64,000 bases of DNA from Octopus bimaculoides (lineage: Eukaryota). Position numbers and translations under genes: made by a program. How positions within the stretch are numbered: the stretch's first letter is position 1; the number at the start of each line of letters is the position of its first letter. This document shows positions 1 to 12,951 of the stretch, piece after piece. The stretch covers positions 1,041,610 to 1,105,609 of the forward strand of contig NC_069004.1 in NCBI RefSeq assembly GCF_001194135.2, in the 5' to 3' direction. The notes beneath the pieces were generated by a model that saw only the letters and a list, made by a program, of their open reading frames with translations, was not told the DNA's origin and ran no database searches.

Positions 1-614
1 GCCCATTCCAGCAAGGGAAAATGGGTGTAAAAACGTACTTCAAAGTACAATTTAATTTACAATTTTGGAGGACAACATTCAAGAGGGAATATGCACTGTC
101 TAGTTTGGTTCATTGATTTTTTACAAACAACACGAATAGCGACCAAATTTGTGACTAGGGACAATGAAGATGATGCTTCTCAAAAGGACAGGTTTCTGTT
201 GACTGAAGGGAAAGCAAAGCTTTCAAATTTTGGCACAAGGCCAGCAATTTCGGGGAAGGAGGTAAGTCACTTACATTGACCCCCAGTGTTCAGCTGGTAC
301 TTCATTTACTGACCCCAAAAGCACAAAAGGCAAAGCCGACCTCAGTGGAATTTGAACACAAATGAAAGGCAGCTAAGCGTTTTGCCCAGCATGCTGCCTT
401 ATTTCTTTTTAATATTAGAATATGACGGAGATTTGCCAATATATTTAATATAGCTTCCCTTTTCTTTAAAGGTGACATGGCTTCTATTTCTAGCAAGCTA
501 TATGTCCATGTACAGGCTCACTCGTTAGCTTGTTTTATAGCCTTTACTGTAAGATACCAACGATCCATCCTGCAGTGAATATGACACGTGGAGATGAATA
601 GGTTTTGAAAGATT

Positions 615-1065
615 TTGTAACGTAGGAGTGATAAACATTGTAACACATTGCGACTGAACAAGAATATCTTGTCATAGAAGAAACATTGTAACAAAAATTC
701 TTGTAACTTAAAAAACATAACTTAACACATTTGTAACATAACAGGTTAACAAGCAATGAAACCTAACAAAATATATTGTAACATAACAAACTGTAACCCA
801 AGAAACATTGTAACAAACACTGTAACATAGCAACAAAGAAATTGCAACATAAAAAGTGTAACAACATTAATGTGCCAACAAATAATGTAACACACAGCCT
901 AAAAAATATTGTAATCTGACAAGTAACATAAGATTGTAACATAGCAATGCAACAAACATTGAAAGATAAATACTGTAACAAACATTGTGACACAAGAAAC
1001 AAGTGTAACAAACCTTATAAAGTAACAAGAAACATTGTAACATAAGAAACACTTGTTATGTTACA
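615..1065. repeat. Degenerate array of TGTAAC(A) motifs
   Basis: About 18 copies of (T/C/G)TGTAAC or close variants at irregular 12-40 nt spacing, ending in an inverted copy (tgttatgttaca). Confidence 0.75.
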
Positions 1066-1174
1066 AAGTATTTGAATTCAGCAATAAAATTACAAAATAT
1101 AAACTAACAAGGAATAAAACTGGATTTAACGATAAACTACATCATAGTTTGAAATACTAATGGTGACTGCCTGC

Positions 1175-1404
1175 TTAACCTTTTTGGCACCATATTTCTG
1201 TGGATATACGCTGCCTTGCTTACAGTTAATTAAAAAAACAACAAAGAATTTAGTAAAATATCTGTGTCATTATTAGGCTGACAGTTTGGAACTGAAATGA
1301 ATATGACATCTTGATGGGTGGTTTTAAGTTAGATCAGTTTAAAACTGGGAGCTTGTATTGTAGAAGCAGGGACTGTCTCAGGCAGTTGGTATCAAAAGGG
1401 TCAA
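1175..1404. mobile_element. piggyBac-like MITE (TTAA-flanked)
   Basis: ttaa|cctttttggcacc ... ggtatcaaaaggg|tcaa. Related sequence at 59618-59831, 11600-11770, 20830-21020 and 28297-28390. Confidence 0.65.
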
Positions 1405-4400
1405 TGCAGTTTGACCATCTGGTTTGGTGTACTTTCTTGATATAAAGTCATCCACCCCCAACTAATTACCCAGAGACGAAAATTGTCCAAGTTATTTAAG
1501 AAACCACCTTGACAAACTAACATCAACCATATCATAAATTGTGTCTAAATTTTGGCACAAAGCCACCTTAGGGATTGATAACACACAGAGGCAGTTTAGA
1601 CACCAGATTGTCTTTCTTGTTTGCTTTCAGCATAAAAGCTTTGTTCACATATGGACCTCAAACTTTCCCAAAACCGTCTGAAAACCCCCACATAACCATT
1701 TTTGTCCACAATGCAGAAATACAAACTCACAACACGTGTGGAACTGAAACCAACAAGCATTCTCTAAATAATGGCTCATCCAAAACTCTGTTATCTCATT
1801 TTATTGTCTGATGATAGCCTCAGCTACTTGCCAAACTCTATGTCCTTCCTCACAAAATATATTATTTTATTCTTTTACTAGTTTCAGCTCAAGTGCTGCA
1901 GCCATGCTGGAGCACGGCCATTAACTTCTCCAAAACCACAATTCTGTCCATATTTTTCTCTAACAGCTAATATACAATACTTCAACTTAACATTAATCAA
2001 ATTATACCTTAATTAGCTTTCATTAAACTAACCTTATGCACTGCTACATTTGCACTAAAACCTAGCCACATGCATGATTACAGCAAACTATGCACTCTCA
2101 ACTCCAGAGTTTAAATCATGTCCTGTTACATCAAACATTTAAAAACAACAAACAACTTATGAATACTCTCTAACCAAAGAGACATTCGCCACAAAAGTAT
2201 TTCTACTACGACCGAGAATTCTAATGAGTAACCAGGTTTTGTTTTAAAAAATTTACCTTAGAAGGTATGTAATGATGTATACAAATTTTAGCCATTTCAC
2301 ACACCTTCAAAATGAACTCATCTAAACAAACGGTCTATGTCTGAACCTGGTGGTTTAAAATGTATTATTACTGGTGGTAGTTGTAGTAGTAGTAATAATA
2401 GCAGTTGTTTTCACTAACATTGCACACACATTAGTATACACAGCATGCACAATGACTGACCATTCTGAAGTAAACAGTCGATGTCCAAATTACTAGCATC
2501 AACTGCAGGAAATCTACACAACCACCACACTCATTTGACATGCAAATCAATAATTCCATAAAGAAGCTCAAGTAATATAAAGACTTGTGTGTGTGTGTGT
2601 GTGTGCGGAAAAAGAAAAAAGCAATGGGGTTGAGCTGAAAGTTTAACTGGAAGAGCTGGATGTACTAACACAAATTTATTAATACTACCAGTAATTTTAG
2701 AGGGAAAGTTGCTCATCAAAGCATGCAGAAAGACTCATTATTTCAAATCCTAGTTTTTTTTTTTTTAATGTTCTTTTCCCCTACCCCCACTGAAGTAAAA
2801 ACAGAAAATAAAAAAAATCAACCTTAGATTAGTTTTATTTTTTAAAATGTAGTCAAACACCAACAATAAAACCACAATGTGTATTTAGGGGAAAAAAAAA
2901 TATTGTTTTAAAAATAAAACAAAATAAGCCAACATTAATTAGCAAGAAATACACAAGAAGTTATTTTTCTTTACTGCCCTTTTTTTAAATACTAAAACTA
3001 TAATAAAAGTGTTTAGCAGGAACAGGGGAAAAATAAAACTTCCCTGAAAAATATCAGGATAAAAAAACAAACAAACCCCAAAACAAAATCCCTGTCACCA
3101 AAACAATCAACCAATAAATAAATAAATAAAAAAAAACTATTTACAACACCCAAAAGAAAAATCTTTTTCAGAAGTCAAATTGGCTGCTGTGGGCTCAGAA
3201 GCTACCGAAAAAAAGGGTCACTGAAGAGTTAACCTGATGTAAAAAATTAGGAGGAAGAAGTTTCATAAAGCAACTTGAAGGTAAAGAAATTCTTCAAATC
3301 CTTCAAAAGAATATATATACACATAATGTATATGATATGTATATGATATGACAAATGTATGTGTGATTCTTAAACATTCTAAAAGAAAATATTTCAAGGA
3401 TATCAGCTAGTCCCACATTTGGAAAATGGTGGGGTTTGTGTTGGTACAGCATTCAGCATTTTCTACTTTGTAAAGATTCCCCTAAATTTCTAATTAGCTT
3501 CAATTTAGCTCAAACAATGAAAATCTAAAAACCTGACTTGTGTTATCAGAAACAGATGTCTGAATGAATCAGGGTGGTACTTAAACTGTTAAATATCTGC
3601 TGTTTTAAAGGGACTTTGGAACAGGAGAAATTGTTTCATTAAATAGAAAAGAAAAATATATTATTAATACAATATTGATAATGGTTTCAAATTTTGGCAC
3701 TGGGCCACCCTTTTTTTTTTTTTGGCGGGAGGGGGAAGTCGATTATTTCAACCCCAGTAGTTAACAGGTAAATTATTTTGTCAACTCCAAAAGGATGAAA
3801 GACAAAATCAACCTTGAAGGGATTTAAATCTGAACCTGGAATGTAAAGAGTTGGAAGAAATATCACAAAGCAGTTTTCAGAAGGTCAAACAATTCTGACA
3901 ACTTAGTTGTAATAACAATCCTTTCTGCTATAGGTACAAGGCTTGAAATTTGTGGGGAGGGGGCTACACTGACCCCAGAGTTTGACCAGTACTTATTCTA
4001 CTGACCCCAAAAGGATGAAAGGCAAAGTTGACCGTGGTAGAATTTGAACTTAAAATGTAGAGACAGAAGAAATGCTGCTAAGCGTTTTGCCTGTCGCTCT
4101 AACGATTCTTCCAGCTTGCCGCCCTAGTAATAATAATGATAATAATGGTAGAAGGAATGATGATAATTTGTGAGTAAAATGATATGCTGATCAAATGGAT
4201 GGAACAATGTTTATTAAAAAACAAAAGTCTATGATAATTTGATTGAAAAATGATGTTTATGATGAAAGAAATATCCCAAGGGGTTTTTCCAATACGTATC
4301 TACCAATGTAAGAACTCGTAGAATTATCTAGAAAATGAGTGAGTAATAAAGAACATTCACTGAGATGCTGCCATGTTATGATATGAAGCTGTGAAAATTA

Positions 4401-5092
4401 ATACAAAAATGAAATCAAAAAAGGTTATTAGAAAAGTCATTGAAAAAAAAAAAAAAACCGAGGAGATATGTGAAGATATATTTATATGAAGAATTATCAG
4501 GAAGGTTTTTTTGGCAGTTGAGAGACGAGTCACTCAGTCCATTCTAGAGTTGCTAGAAAGCTCAAATCAGCCAAGATGAGTGGTGCATTGGAAAGGGGCC
4601 TACTCACTGTTTGAATGATAATCCCTCCTTCGTTGGTTATTTCCTTGTTCTATTGAGAAATGAAAATTTTATGTTAAAGCTTTGCCAACTGGAAAAAAAA
4701 TATTCCATGATTGATTGAGTCAAGTGTTAGTGAGGGTTAGTTTAGAATGGAATTAATTTACTGCCGGCTGCTGGCATATCTTACGTGGCTGGAATTTCGT
4801 TGTTCAATTCATCCTTTGCCAGAGATAGAGAAAGAGAGACAGGAAGCGAGAAAGAAAGAGAGAGAGAGAGAGAGAAAGAGAGCGAGCGAGTGAAAGAATA
4901 GGTTTGTTTTTGTATTACACAGTCACATCGTTAACGTTGTCCCTAACTGAGGGAAATTATACTTCAATTAATTTAGCCTAGAAGTATCAACTACAGTGAG
5001 GGTGGCATTGCTCAGATCGTTAGCTTATTACCTATGATATTTCAGCATTTAATGGTCAATGACAGCAATTTATGGTGAAATAAAAGTTTGTT

Positions 5093-5160
5093 CTAGACTT
5101 TGCAACAAATAGCGGAACGCAGACAGTGAGTCCAAACTTCAGGTCCAGGAAACGGTTTGG
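5093..5160 (-). CDS. Candidate terminal coding exon: (A)KPFPGPEVWTHCLRSAICCKV*
   Basis: Acceptor ctttcttgtgtttaattttag|CC is phase-1 compatible with the donor at 8537. The frame is open to TAG at 5093-5095. No homology support. Confidence 0.35.
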
Positions 5161-5921
5161 CTAAAATTAAACACAAGAAAGAGCATCGACTATTTAAAAT
5201 TTCCTGCTTGTTGAAGAGCAGATCGGTGTCTTCATTTTATTTTTCATAGTCAAGACAAAAAAAAAATAAAATGCTTAATATACAAGGCATTGCCTTGTTT
5301 TATTTTATTTTTTTAGTGTCACATAAGCTAGGGTAGCCATTGCTTATGACAAAAGAAAAAAGAGAAATAAGGAAAAAAATAAAAAGTGTTCTCTGGAAAT
5401 GGTTTAAATTTGCAAATAAAGCATAAAATTGCTGTCAAAGAGAGCAAATGGAACATTTAGGGAAGAGCCTTAAGCAAAGGAAAACACAGAAGCACAAGGA
5501 AATTCTAAATGGAAATATCTCCACGAAGGCAGCAATGGAACTTCTGAAGAATTCTATAGAAAAGCAAAGCCAAATAAATATGAGCAAAGCAGGATAATTC
5601 ATCAATTCTGACTTTACATTGATAGAAATTATTCACACTGATGTATAACACACTCTCACACACACACTTGTAGATATATATACATACATGATATAGCTAT
5701 TTTCTAATTTTTTTATTGAGATAACTAAACTAAGAATCGAAGAATTCTGATGGCCAGGAAGTCAACAACTTAAAGATTTATGTGCATCATCCTACCTACC
5801 ACGAGAGAGAGAGAGACTGAGGTGTCTGGAACTGGTGGAGGAATTAATGAGTGTCCTGACATTATTAATATAATATGATAACAGTTTCCTTCTGAGTACT
5901 TTATGTACATTACTCTACAAC

Positions 5922-5924
<3 letters not shown>

Positions 5925-5966
<42 letters not shown>

Positions 5967-5976
5967 NNNNNNNNNN

Positions 5977-6007
<31 letters not shown>

Positions 6008-6048
6008 GAGAGAGAGAGTGAGTGAGTGAGAAAGAGAGAGAGAGAGAA
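5925..6048. repeat. (GA)n microsatellite containing a 10-N gap
   Basis: Seen directly. Many other (GA)n, (CA)n, (TA)n and (TAA)n tracts occur across the window. Confidence 0.95.
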
Positions 6049-8536
6049 TGGTGTCTAGTGGTTGTAAAATTAATGAGTGTATTTACATGGTCTCAGCCTT
6101 TAACTTAGAACAAAGAAAAAGTCCAACAGTAAAAGTCAAATGCCATAAGCTATGAATCATAGAAAAGACGGTGCAAGGGAAAAGTTTGCTTTACTATGCT
6201 GGAATGGCTAAAACACATCTATTTAAGTGGCTCTACGTGGTTCCACTAACCGTTTCTCATTCCTGTTATTTTCTGAAGTTGCCATCAGCAAATAAGAACT
6301 AACTAAAAGCATATCTCTTACATAGATGTGTGTGGTGCCCTCTGCATGGTTATCGATATAAAGGGAGATAATTACTTCCTCACAGTGTGAGGCAGGCTTA
6401 GAAATTTGACGGTAGCCGTGGAAAAGAAATGAAGTGCCTTAGTCAAGGATACAATGCACTGCCCAGTTCAGGAATCGAACTCACACACTTATGACCATAA
6501 ATTCTAACCACTTGGCTATGTGTCTTCACACACTAAACTAACAGCAAATATCATTTGTTGCTTTGTTATATTATTCACCATGTTGGTCATGTTGCCTTTA
6601 CAGAATAGAGACAGCTTAAAGCAATGAGGACTCTTTTAGTCTTGTGGAGCACAAAGCAACCCCACAAGTGTTGGTACTCTGAAGAAATGCTTTTAGTTCC
6701 CTCTGGAACAGGGAACAGGGACAAACTAAGATTATACGAAACTCTCAAGTCTTGCTGGGCAAAGATATGCTCTTGTGTGCCAGTGACTCAAATAGAATTC
6801 ACCCCAGTACATATTGGGAGATGGTTGGTTTTAGGAAGGCCACCTAACCATTGAAATCATGCCATAAGTGGAATGTATGAACAAGAATGGTTCATTTGAT
6901 CAGTCCAATCTGTGTTTGCATGCAAAGCAGATGTAAAATGAGGATAATGGTACAGATCTTTTACTGTATAAAACAACAAAAAAAAACCCCATTAAAAATA
7001 ATGATCTTGTATCACACAGACTTAACTGCATGAAAATGTGCAAATAACTTTAGATCAAATTGTAGTGTAGGGAAATTTGAAAATAGTAGCTTAATGTAAT
7101 CGCTAATTTCAGGTGTGGCTATAGATGCACCTTTGTACATTTGAGGTGTGTCTGTAAAGTCACTCAGAATAGGTCTTATACTACATAAGGGATTAGGTTA
7201 ACCAAAGGTCTTTTCCTTGGATAATAATAATATAGCGAGATTCCAGGTTTCCTTTTACATGTAAAATAAACAAAAAATAAATCACACAAATGCAAATCAA
7301 GATAAAAATCAATTAATACAATTAAAATGAAAAAAAAGAGAGAAAAGCATTTAAAGCCAGGGAATCAATACTGGGACCAAAAAGAAGAAAAAATCTTTTT
7401 AGTTTTTTTTTGACGACCAAGAGAAAAAAAAAACAACAAAAATAAACAATACAATGATTGGTAAAAGATTAAAGACAAAATGGCAAGACATTTAGATCAG
7501 ATACAAAAAATAGGGGAAAATCTAGTTGCAATCAACCAAGCTGTGATATGAGATGATCAAAGGGGACCACTCAGTGTATCTTGCCTACAGGAAAAGGGTT
7601 GAGCAGCAGGGCTGTCACCTCTTCTCCACAAACAGGCTAGAAAACTTCCAAGAGAAAGCAGAGATCCTAGCAGAGGTGGACAGACACTAATGTGCTGTAA
7701 GAAAGCACAGAAAGAAACGGTTTCCAAGAGGGAAAAAAGAAAGAGGTGATAGTCTCGCTGTTATTAAGAGTGGTTTGTGCTTCAGAAGTTTGCTTCTCAA
7801 CTACATGGCTTTGGGTTCAGTTCTATTGCATGGCACCTTGAGTGCCTTCTTCAAAGCCAATGCCTTGTGAGGGAATTTGGAAGACAGAAACTGAAACAAG
7901 CCCATCACAGGCACGTGTGTTTGTGTACTCTTGTCAAAACATCATGTGATGGTTTGTAAGATGAGCATCGTCGTCATAAATGTGATGTTGTTCATATCCA
8001 GTCTTCCACAAGAACAGGTCTGGTCATGAGGAAATATTACCTTACTTGGAAAACAAGGTAAAGATTGGTGACAGAAAGGAATCAGGGTGAAGGAAATCTG
8101 CCTCAACAGATTCTGTCTGACCCAGTCAAGCATGGACAGTAAACGTTAAAGGGTGATGATGATGTTAATAACTTCGTTAATTAAATATTTGATGGTTTGG
8201 CAACATAGATTGATTAAATAAGTACCCAACTTTAAAAAAAAAATGTACTGGGGTTGATTTGCTTGTCTAAATCTGAAAAGGGTGGTGCTCCAGCATGGCT
8301 GCACTCCAGTGAGACAAAGATAAGTAAAAAAAAAAGAGGTTTTAAATTTTCGTTGTTGAAGAAATAATTTATTTTTCCTTCATCAAAATATTGTAAGGTT
8401 TGAGAAGAGACCAGATTTGGCTGGATTAAATACTAAAGGATTAAAAGTAAACTCTGCTCTTCTGGTGCAAGAATCCAGGGGAAGATTAAGGACGAACATT
8501 TGTAAAAAAAAGTTGAATAACTGAAGTGTAACTTAC

Positions 8537-8723
8537 CACTCAATGTAAAGCTAGAGTCTTGCTGGTTGCGAGCACCGCTTTGAGTAAGTGGTCGAGCATG
8601 GAATGGTTGAAGATCATGTAAAATAGGATTATCTGACTTCCTTGTGTCAAATTCCTCAGGAGCCATTATTTCAACAACAGTTCCAGTGTATGGGTCACGT
8701 TCAACTTTTTTGGGCATCCTTGC
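8537..8723 (-). CDS. DPYS: DPYS/CRMP exon (187 nt): ARMPKKVERDPYTGTVVEIMAPEEFDTRKSDNPILHDLQPFHARPLTQSGARNQQDSSFTLS(G)
   Basis: ctttag|GCA ... AGT G|gtaag. Has the VxRxPYxG and RNxQDSSFxLS C-terminal motifs. The 5' phase cannot be checked because of the gap. Confidence 0.88.
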
Positions 8724-9454
8724 CTAAAGAATACAAGAAGAGAATATTATTGTATAATCGTATTTATTTATTTGCATATCATATGCATTCATGCACAAGG
8801 TCCTTCGTCCTTAAGACTTGCTCTGTTTTGGTGCAACAAGTGCCACAAACCCAATACTTACCAGGTTGCAGGATTTGTATGAAGTAACCTTTTCTTATAC
8901 AAACTGCTAAAGAGCAGAAAGGGTGGTGGAGGGGCTCATCTGATCTGGGTCTCATAGGGTGTGTGGGTGACCTTCTTCTGGAAGTACTTCTGTTACCTGC
9001 TAATTAATCTAAAGCTGGGATCCTGATAGGTGTTACTACCCTGGATTAGGGTAGACTTGGGAACAATAATGGCCAAGGAGGGGGTCCACACTACTGATAG
9101 TATCATCTCTGCAAGCAACCCACTCCTCATATACTTTCAATATATAGGTGTAGACATGGCTGTGTGGTAAGAAACTTGCTTCCCAACCACATGGTTCCGA
9201 GTTCAGTCCCACTGCATGCCATGTCTTCTATTGTAGCCTCAGGCTGACCAAAGCTTTGTAAGTGGATTTCGTGGATGGAAACTGAAGGAAGCCCATCATA
9301 TATATATATATATATTTATTTGACTAAAGGTGGTGCTCCAGCATGGCCGCAGTCAAATGATTGAAACAATTAAATGAATAGAAGAATATCATATTTACAA
9401 CCAAGGCGGAGAAGTGGCGGAATTGTTAGCAGAGCGGGCAAGACGCTTTGCAGC

Positions 9455-9950
9455 NNNNNNNNNNNNNNNNNNNNNNNNNNNNNNNNNNNNNNNNNNNNNN
9501 NNNNNNNNNNNNNNNNNNNNNNNNNNNNNNNNNNNNNNNNNNNNNNNNNNNNNNNNNNNNNNNNNNNNNNNNNNNNNNNNNNNNNNNNNNNNNNNNNNNN
9601 NNNNNNNNNNNNNNNNNNNNNNNNNNNNNNNNNNNNNNNNNNNNNNNNNNNNNNNNNNNNNNNNNNNNNNNNNNNNNNNNNNNNNNNNNNNNNNNNNNNN
9701 NNNNNNNNNNNNNNNNNNNNNNNNNNNNNNNNNNNNNNNNNNNNNNNNNNNNNNNNNNNNNNNNNNNNNNNNNNNNNNNNNNNNNNNNNNNNNNNNNNNN
9801 NNNNNNNNNNNNNNNNNNNNNNNNNNNNNNNNNNNNNNNNNNNNNNNNNNNNNNNNNNNNNNNNNNNNNNNNNNNNNNNNNNNNNNNNNNNNNNNNNNNN
9901 NNNNNNNNNNNNNNNNNNNNNNNNNNNNNNNNNNNNNNNNNNNNNNNNNN
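9455..9950. other. Assembly gap truncating a DPYS exon
   Basis: N-run. Other large gaps at 35919-36111, 41330-41880, 46516-47325 and 60927-61254. Confidence 0.99.
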
Positions 9951-10022
9951 AACACGTCCATATACAGTTTCAGCAAAGGGTGGCATAGGAATGAAACGAC
10001 CGAGCCCTTGAGATACTTTAAG
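9951..10022 (-). CDS. DPYS: DPYS/CRMP exon, 3' end lost in the gap: LKVSQGLGRFIPMPPFAETVYGRV...
   Basis: tttcag|CTT. The frame runs into the N-gap at 9455-9950. Contains the GxGRFIPxxPF motif. Confidence 0.93.
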
Positions 10023-11105
10023 CTGAAATTAATAATAAAATAATAAAAAAGGGGATTTTAATATTAGATTAGAAATAATTAAAATTAGAGGGAATTTACA
10101 AGAATGAGTTAAATTAAATGAGCTTTTGATAATCTTGGTGTAAAAAATTAAATTGATTACATTTACACACATATGCACATGTTTTTAAGTTATGAAACAA
10201 TTTGTTGTGATATTTGAATTTTCTTATTGTTAAATAAAATTTCATCAAACTATTTCTCAGTCATTTAATCTCCTTATCCTCTTCTCTCGTATTCTATATT
10301 CCATATGTTTTGTAGAATGATACATTAAGGAGCTTTTCTTATGAGGATGGCTGGATTACTTGAAACCATATATTGTGACTTACATTTATATATATATCTC
10401 TTTTTTTTTTTGGAAGAGTGAATCTCAAAGCACATAAAGCTATAAACAGTATGTGAATATTGCAAAACCAGAAAAACACACACACAATGAGCCTGACAAA
10501 GGCTAGCACACTGAAACTTGAAGATCTCTTTTCTTTTTGTTAAAGTTTAATACACACATTCTATTAAAAGGTATTGAATGATTCTTCAGTTTAATGTTAA
10601 ATTGCTTTTATACAGAACTTCACACACACACACACACACATGAGAGAGAGAAAGAGAGTGGCTATGTCTCTTGAGGAATGACTGAAAGAGTATGATTCCT
10701 GAATACAAACAGCTAAGTTGGGGTTCCTGTGAAATGACATTACTTGTAGAATGTGTAACTGGGAGATCAGAGAAGCAGCGTTCCAGGTAGAGCTGCTACT
10801 TGTCAGAACTGAGAGATCACAGCTCTAACCCCATGGACATGGGGTAAGAATATCTTGGGGGGGGGGGGGATGAATCAATGGACAGGTTTTTACAAGGCAA
10901 ACCAATCAGCAGGAGACCCAGAGTAAGATGGTTGGATAACAAAACTTCCATCAGCTCAGTTGGTCTTTGTTGGCAAATCCAGCCAGAGCAAGTGATGACT
11001 GTTGCTTCAGATAGGATGCAACGGAACGCTGCCCTGATGATCCTCCCAAGAATAAGTGGGTGAATGAGATGAGATAAGAGAGAGAGAGAGAGAGGCTTTT
11101 CTTAC

Positions 11106-11285
11106 CTGGCCTTCATCTAAGACGACATGTCCTCCCATTATGACATATAATGGTACTCCATGGCAAACCATACCCTCAAAAATATTAAAATCACAGGCCT
11201 GGTGATGAGTTTTAGCAGAGATTGTACGAGTTGCATTTGGATCCCAAATAACAAGATCAGCATCTGAACCTACAGCGATTCGCCC
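11106..11285 (-). CDS. DPYS: DPYS/CRMP exon (180 nt): [60 protein letters not shown]
   Basis: tttag|GGG ... CAG|gtaag. Contains the [15 protein letters not shown] motif. Confidence 0.97.
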
Positions 11286-11820
11286 CTAAAAAAAATAAAA
11301 ATAATAATAAACAAACAATAATAAAAGACAATGTCTGAGATGCATTTAAGAGAGTAAGTGAGCAATTACCATATTTACTTGTATATAAATTGCAATATTT
11401 TTATACTTGATTTTAGCTGGAAAAACTAGAGTGTGACTTTTACGAAGAGCAAAGCTAAAACTATGAAAGGAAAAAAAAAAATTTATATCAAAATTTAACG
11501 CTAAATTAGGAGTGTGGCTTCTATGTGAGTAAATATGGTAATTCATTCTTAATATTTCCAATGCAAATTTAGGAAACGAAAATAAACCTTTCCATTACAT
11601 TTCTATGGAAATACACTTCCATTGTTTCAATTACCTTTAAAAATAGGAAGAATTTAATAAAATAAGAGCCGTTATTATTCTGGTGTTTGGAACATATTAA
11701 CATTGAAATTTCTGAGGAACTTTTAAATTTACATGTCTTTAAAACAGGATGTTTGCATCCTAGATTTAGATGAAGTTTGAAATTAGAATTAAAAAATATA
11801 AGGGAGATAACTGTTCTTAC

Positions 11821-11904
11821 CTTCTGGGGATAAATATTAAATATCTTAGCTGCGTTAGTACTGGTTACTGCCACAAATCTACATGGATCCATTTTCCCAG
11901 ATTG
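11821..11904 (-). CDS. DPYS: DPYS/CRMP exon (84 nt): [28 protein letters not shown]
   Basis: ttctag|CAA ... AAG|gtaag. Phase 0 to 0. Confidence 0.97.
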
Positions 11905-12257
11905 CTAGAAAACAGAGACAATATTCAGAAATTTTACTGTAGGACTTAATAAAGTAAAATAGTGCAGACATTTAAACACATTTACACAAATAAAAAAAAG
12001 AAAAGAAATTTAGATGAACAGAATGCCAAATCTTTTAATGTTAGATAAATTTGTAGACGAGTGTGATCAAAGTATATTTATTGATAGGTATGGCCAAAAA
12101 TGTCATAGAAAGATGTAATCAGATTTGTAGACCACTGTGGTCAAAACAAAGCTATAAACGGGACATTCAAAGCAGATGTGGTCTGAGGAAGGTACGATCA
12201 AAACAGGTGTAAATGAAGAAAGATTTTGTAGAAAGACAAAAGTGATTGAATACATAC

Positions 12258-12399
12258 CACACCCTTTTCCCAAATCACAGACATTCTGTCTTCCACTCCA
12301 TTAACTCCATTAGGTATGCGTCTAAAATCATCTTTACCCAATGCCTTTTGTTCAGCATTAAATGTACAGTTATCGGTACCTGTACATTGTAGGTCATTG
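12258..12399 (-). CDS. DPYS: DPYS/CRMP exon (142 nt): [47 protein letters not shown]
   Basis: ttctag|C ... GTG|gtatgt. Contains the catalytic Asp (GTDNCTF) and [12 protein letters not shown]. Confidence 0.97.
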
Positions 12400-12665
12400 C
12401 TAGAAAATAAAGGAAGAATCATTAGAATTGACCACGGCAAAGGAAGAACATGGGGGGGGGGAGTGGAGAGAAGGATCCTCATAAGAAGAGGACAAAGGAC
12501 CAGAACAAATAGGGAGATCACAGTGCTAGCAAAGACTCCTCAAACCCATGCAAGCATAGGAAAGTGGATATAAAATGATAATGACCCTAAGGTGTAGTGC
12601 TGTGGGACTGAACCTGAGACCCCAACTAATGTAACAACAATAAAAGAAAAAGTATCAATAATTAC

Positions 12666-12822
12666 TTTGATAAAAGATCCATCAAATAACCTGGGGTAGT
12701 TGTATCTGCTCTAAGGGGTGGACTCATAACATGACCAGCAGCATGGCGCCAACATTTGTTCCAATAATGTGTTCCATCCGTACCTAAACTAGCTGCTATT
12801 GGTTCACCAAAAACTATTTTTC
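12666..12822 (-). CDS. DPYS: DPYS/CRMP exon (157 nt): [52 protein letters not shown]
   Basis: aacag|GA ... AA|gtaat. Phase 1 to 2. Contains GEPI...SPPLR. Confidence 0.97.
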
Positions 12823-12951
12823 CTGTTAACATTAAAAAACAAAAGAGTACATTAAACTTAATCAAAACAAGAAAGAAATACATATTTATGGAAAATCCAT
12901 TAAGTTCAATCCATGAAGTGCTAAGTTAAAATAACCCTCCACGTAGCTTGG

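Noticed and set aside
512-560. Exon-like segment cag|G ATG GAT CGT TGG...GA|gtgag (MDRWYLTVKAIKQANE)
   Set aside because: Splice signals are plausible, but there is no recognisable homology, and it has a stop in the phase needed to join DPYS.
2320-2360. KPPGS motif as the possible PPGG-type DPYS tail
   Set aside because: No suitable acceptor, the context (PPGSDIDRLFR*) does not match, and the upstream sequence is a microsatellite.
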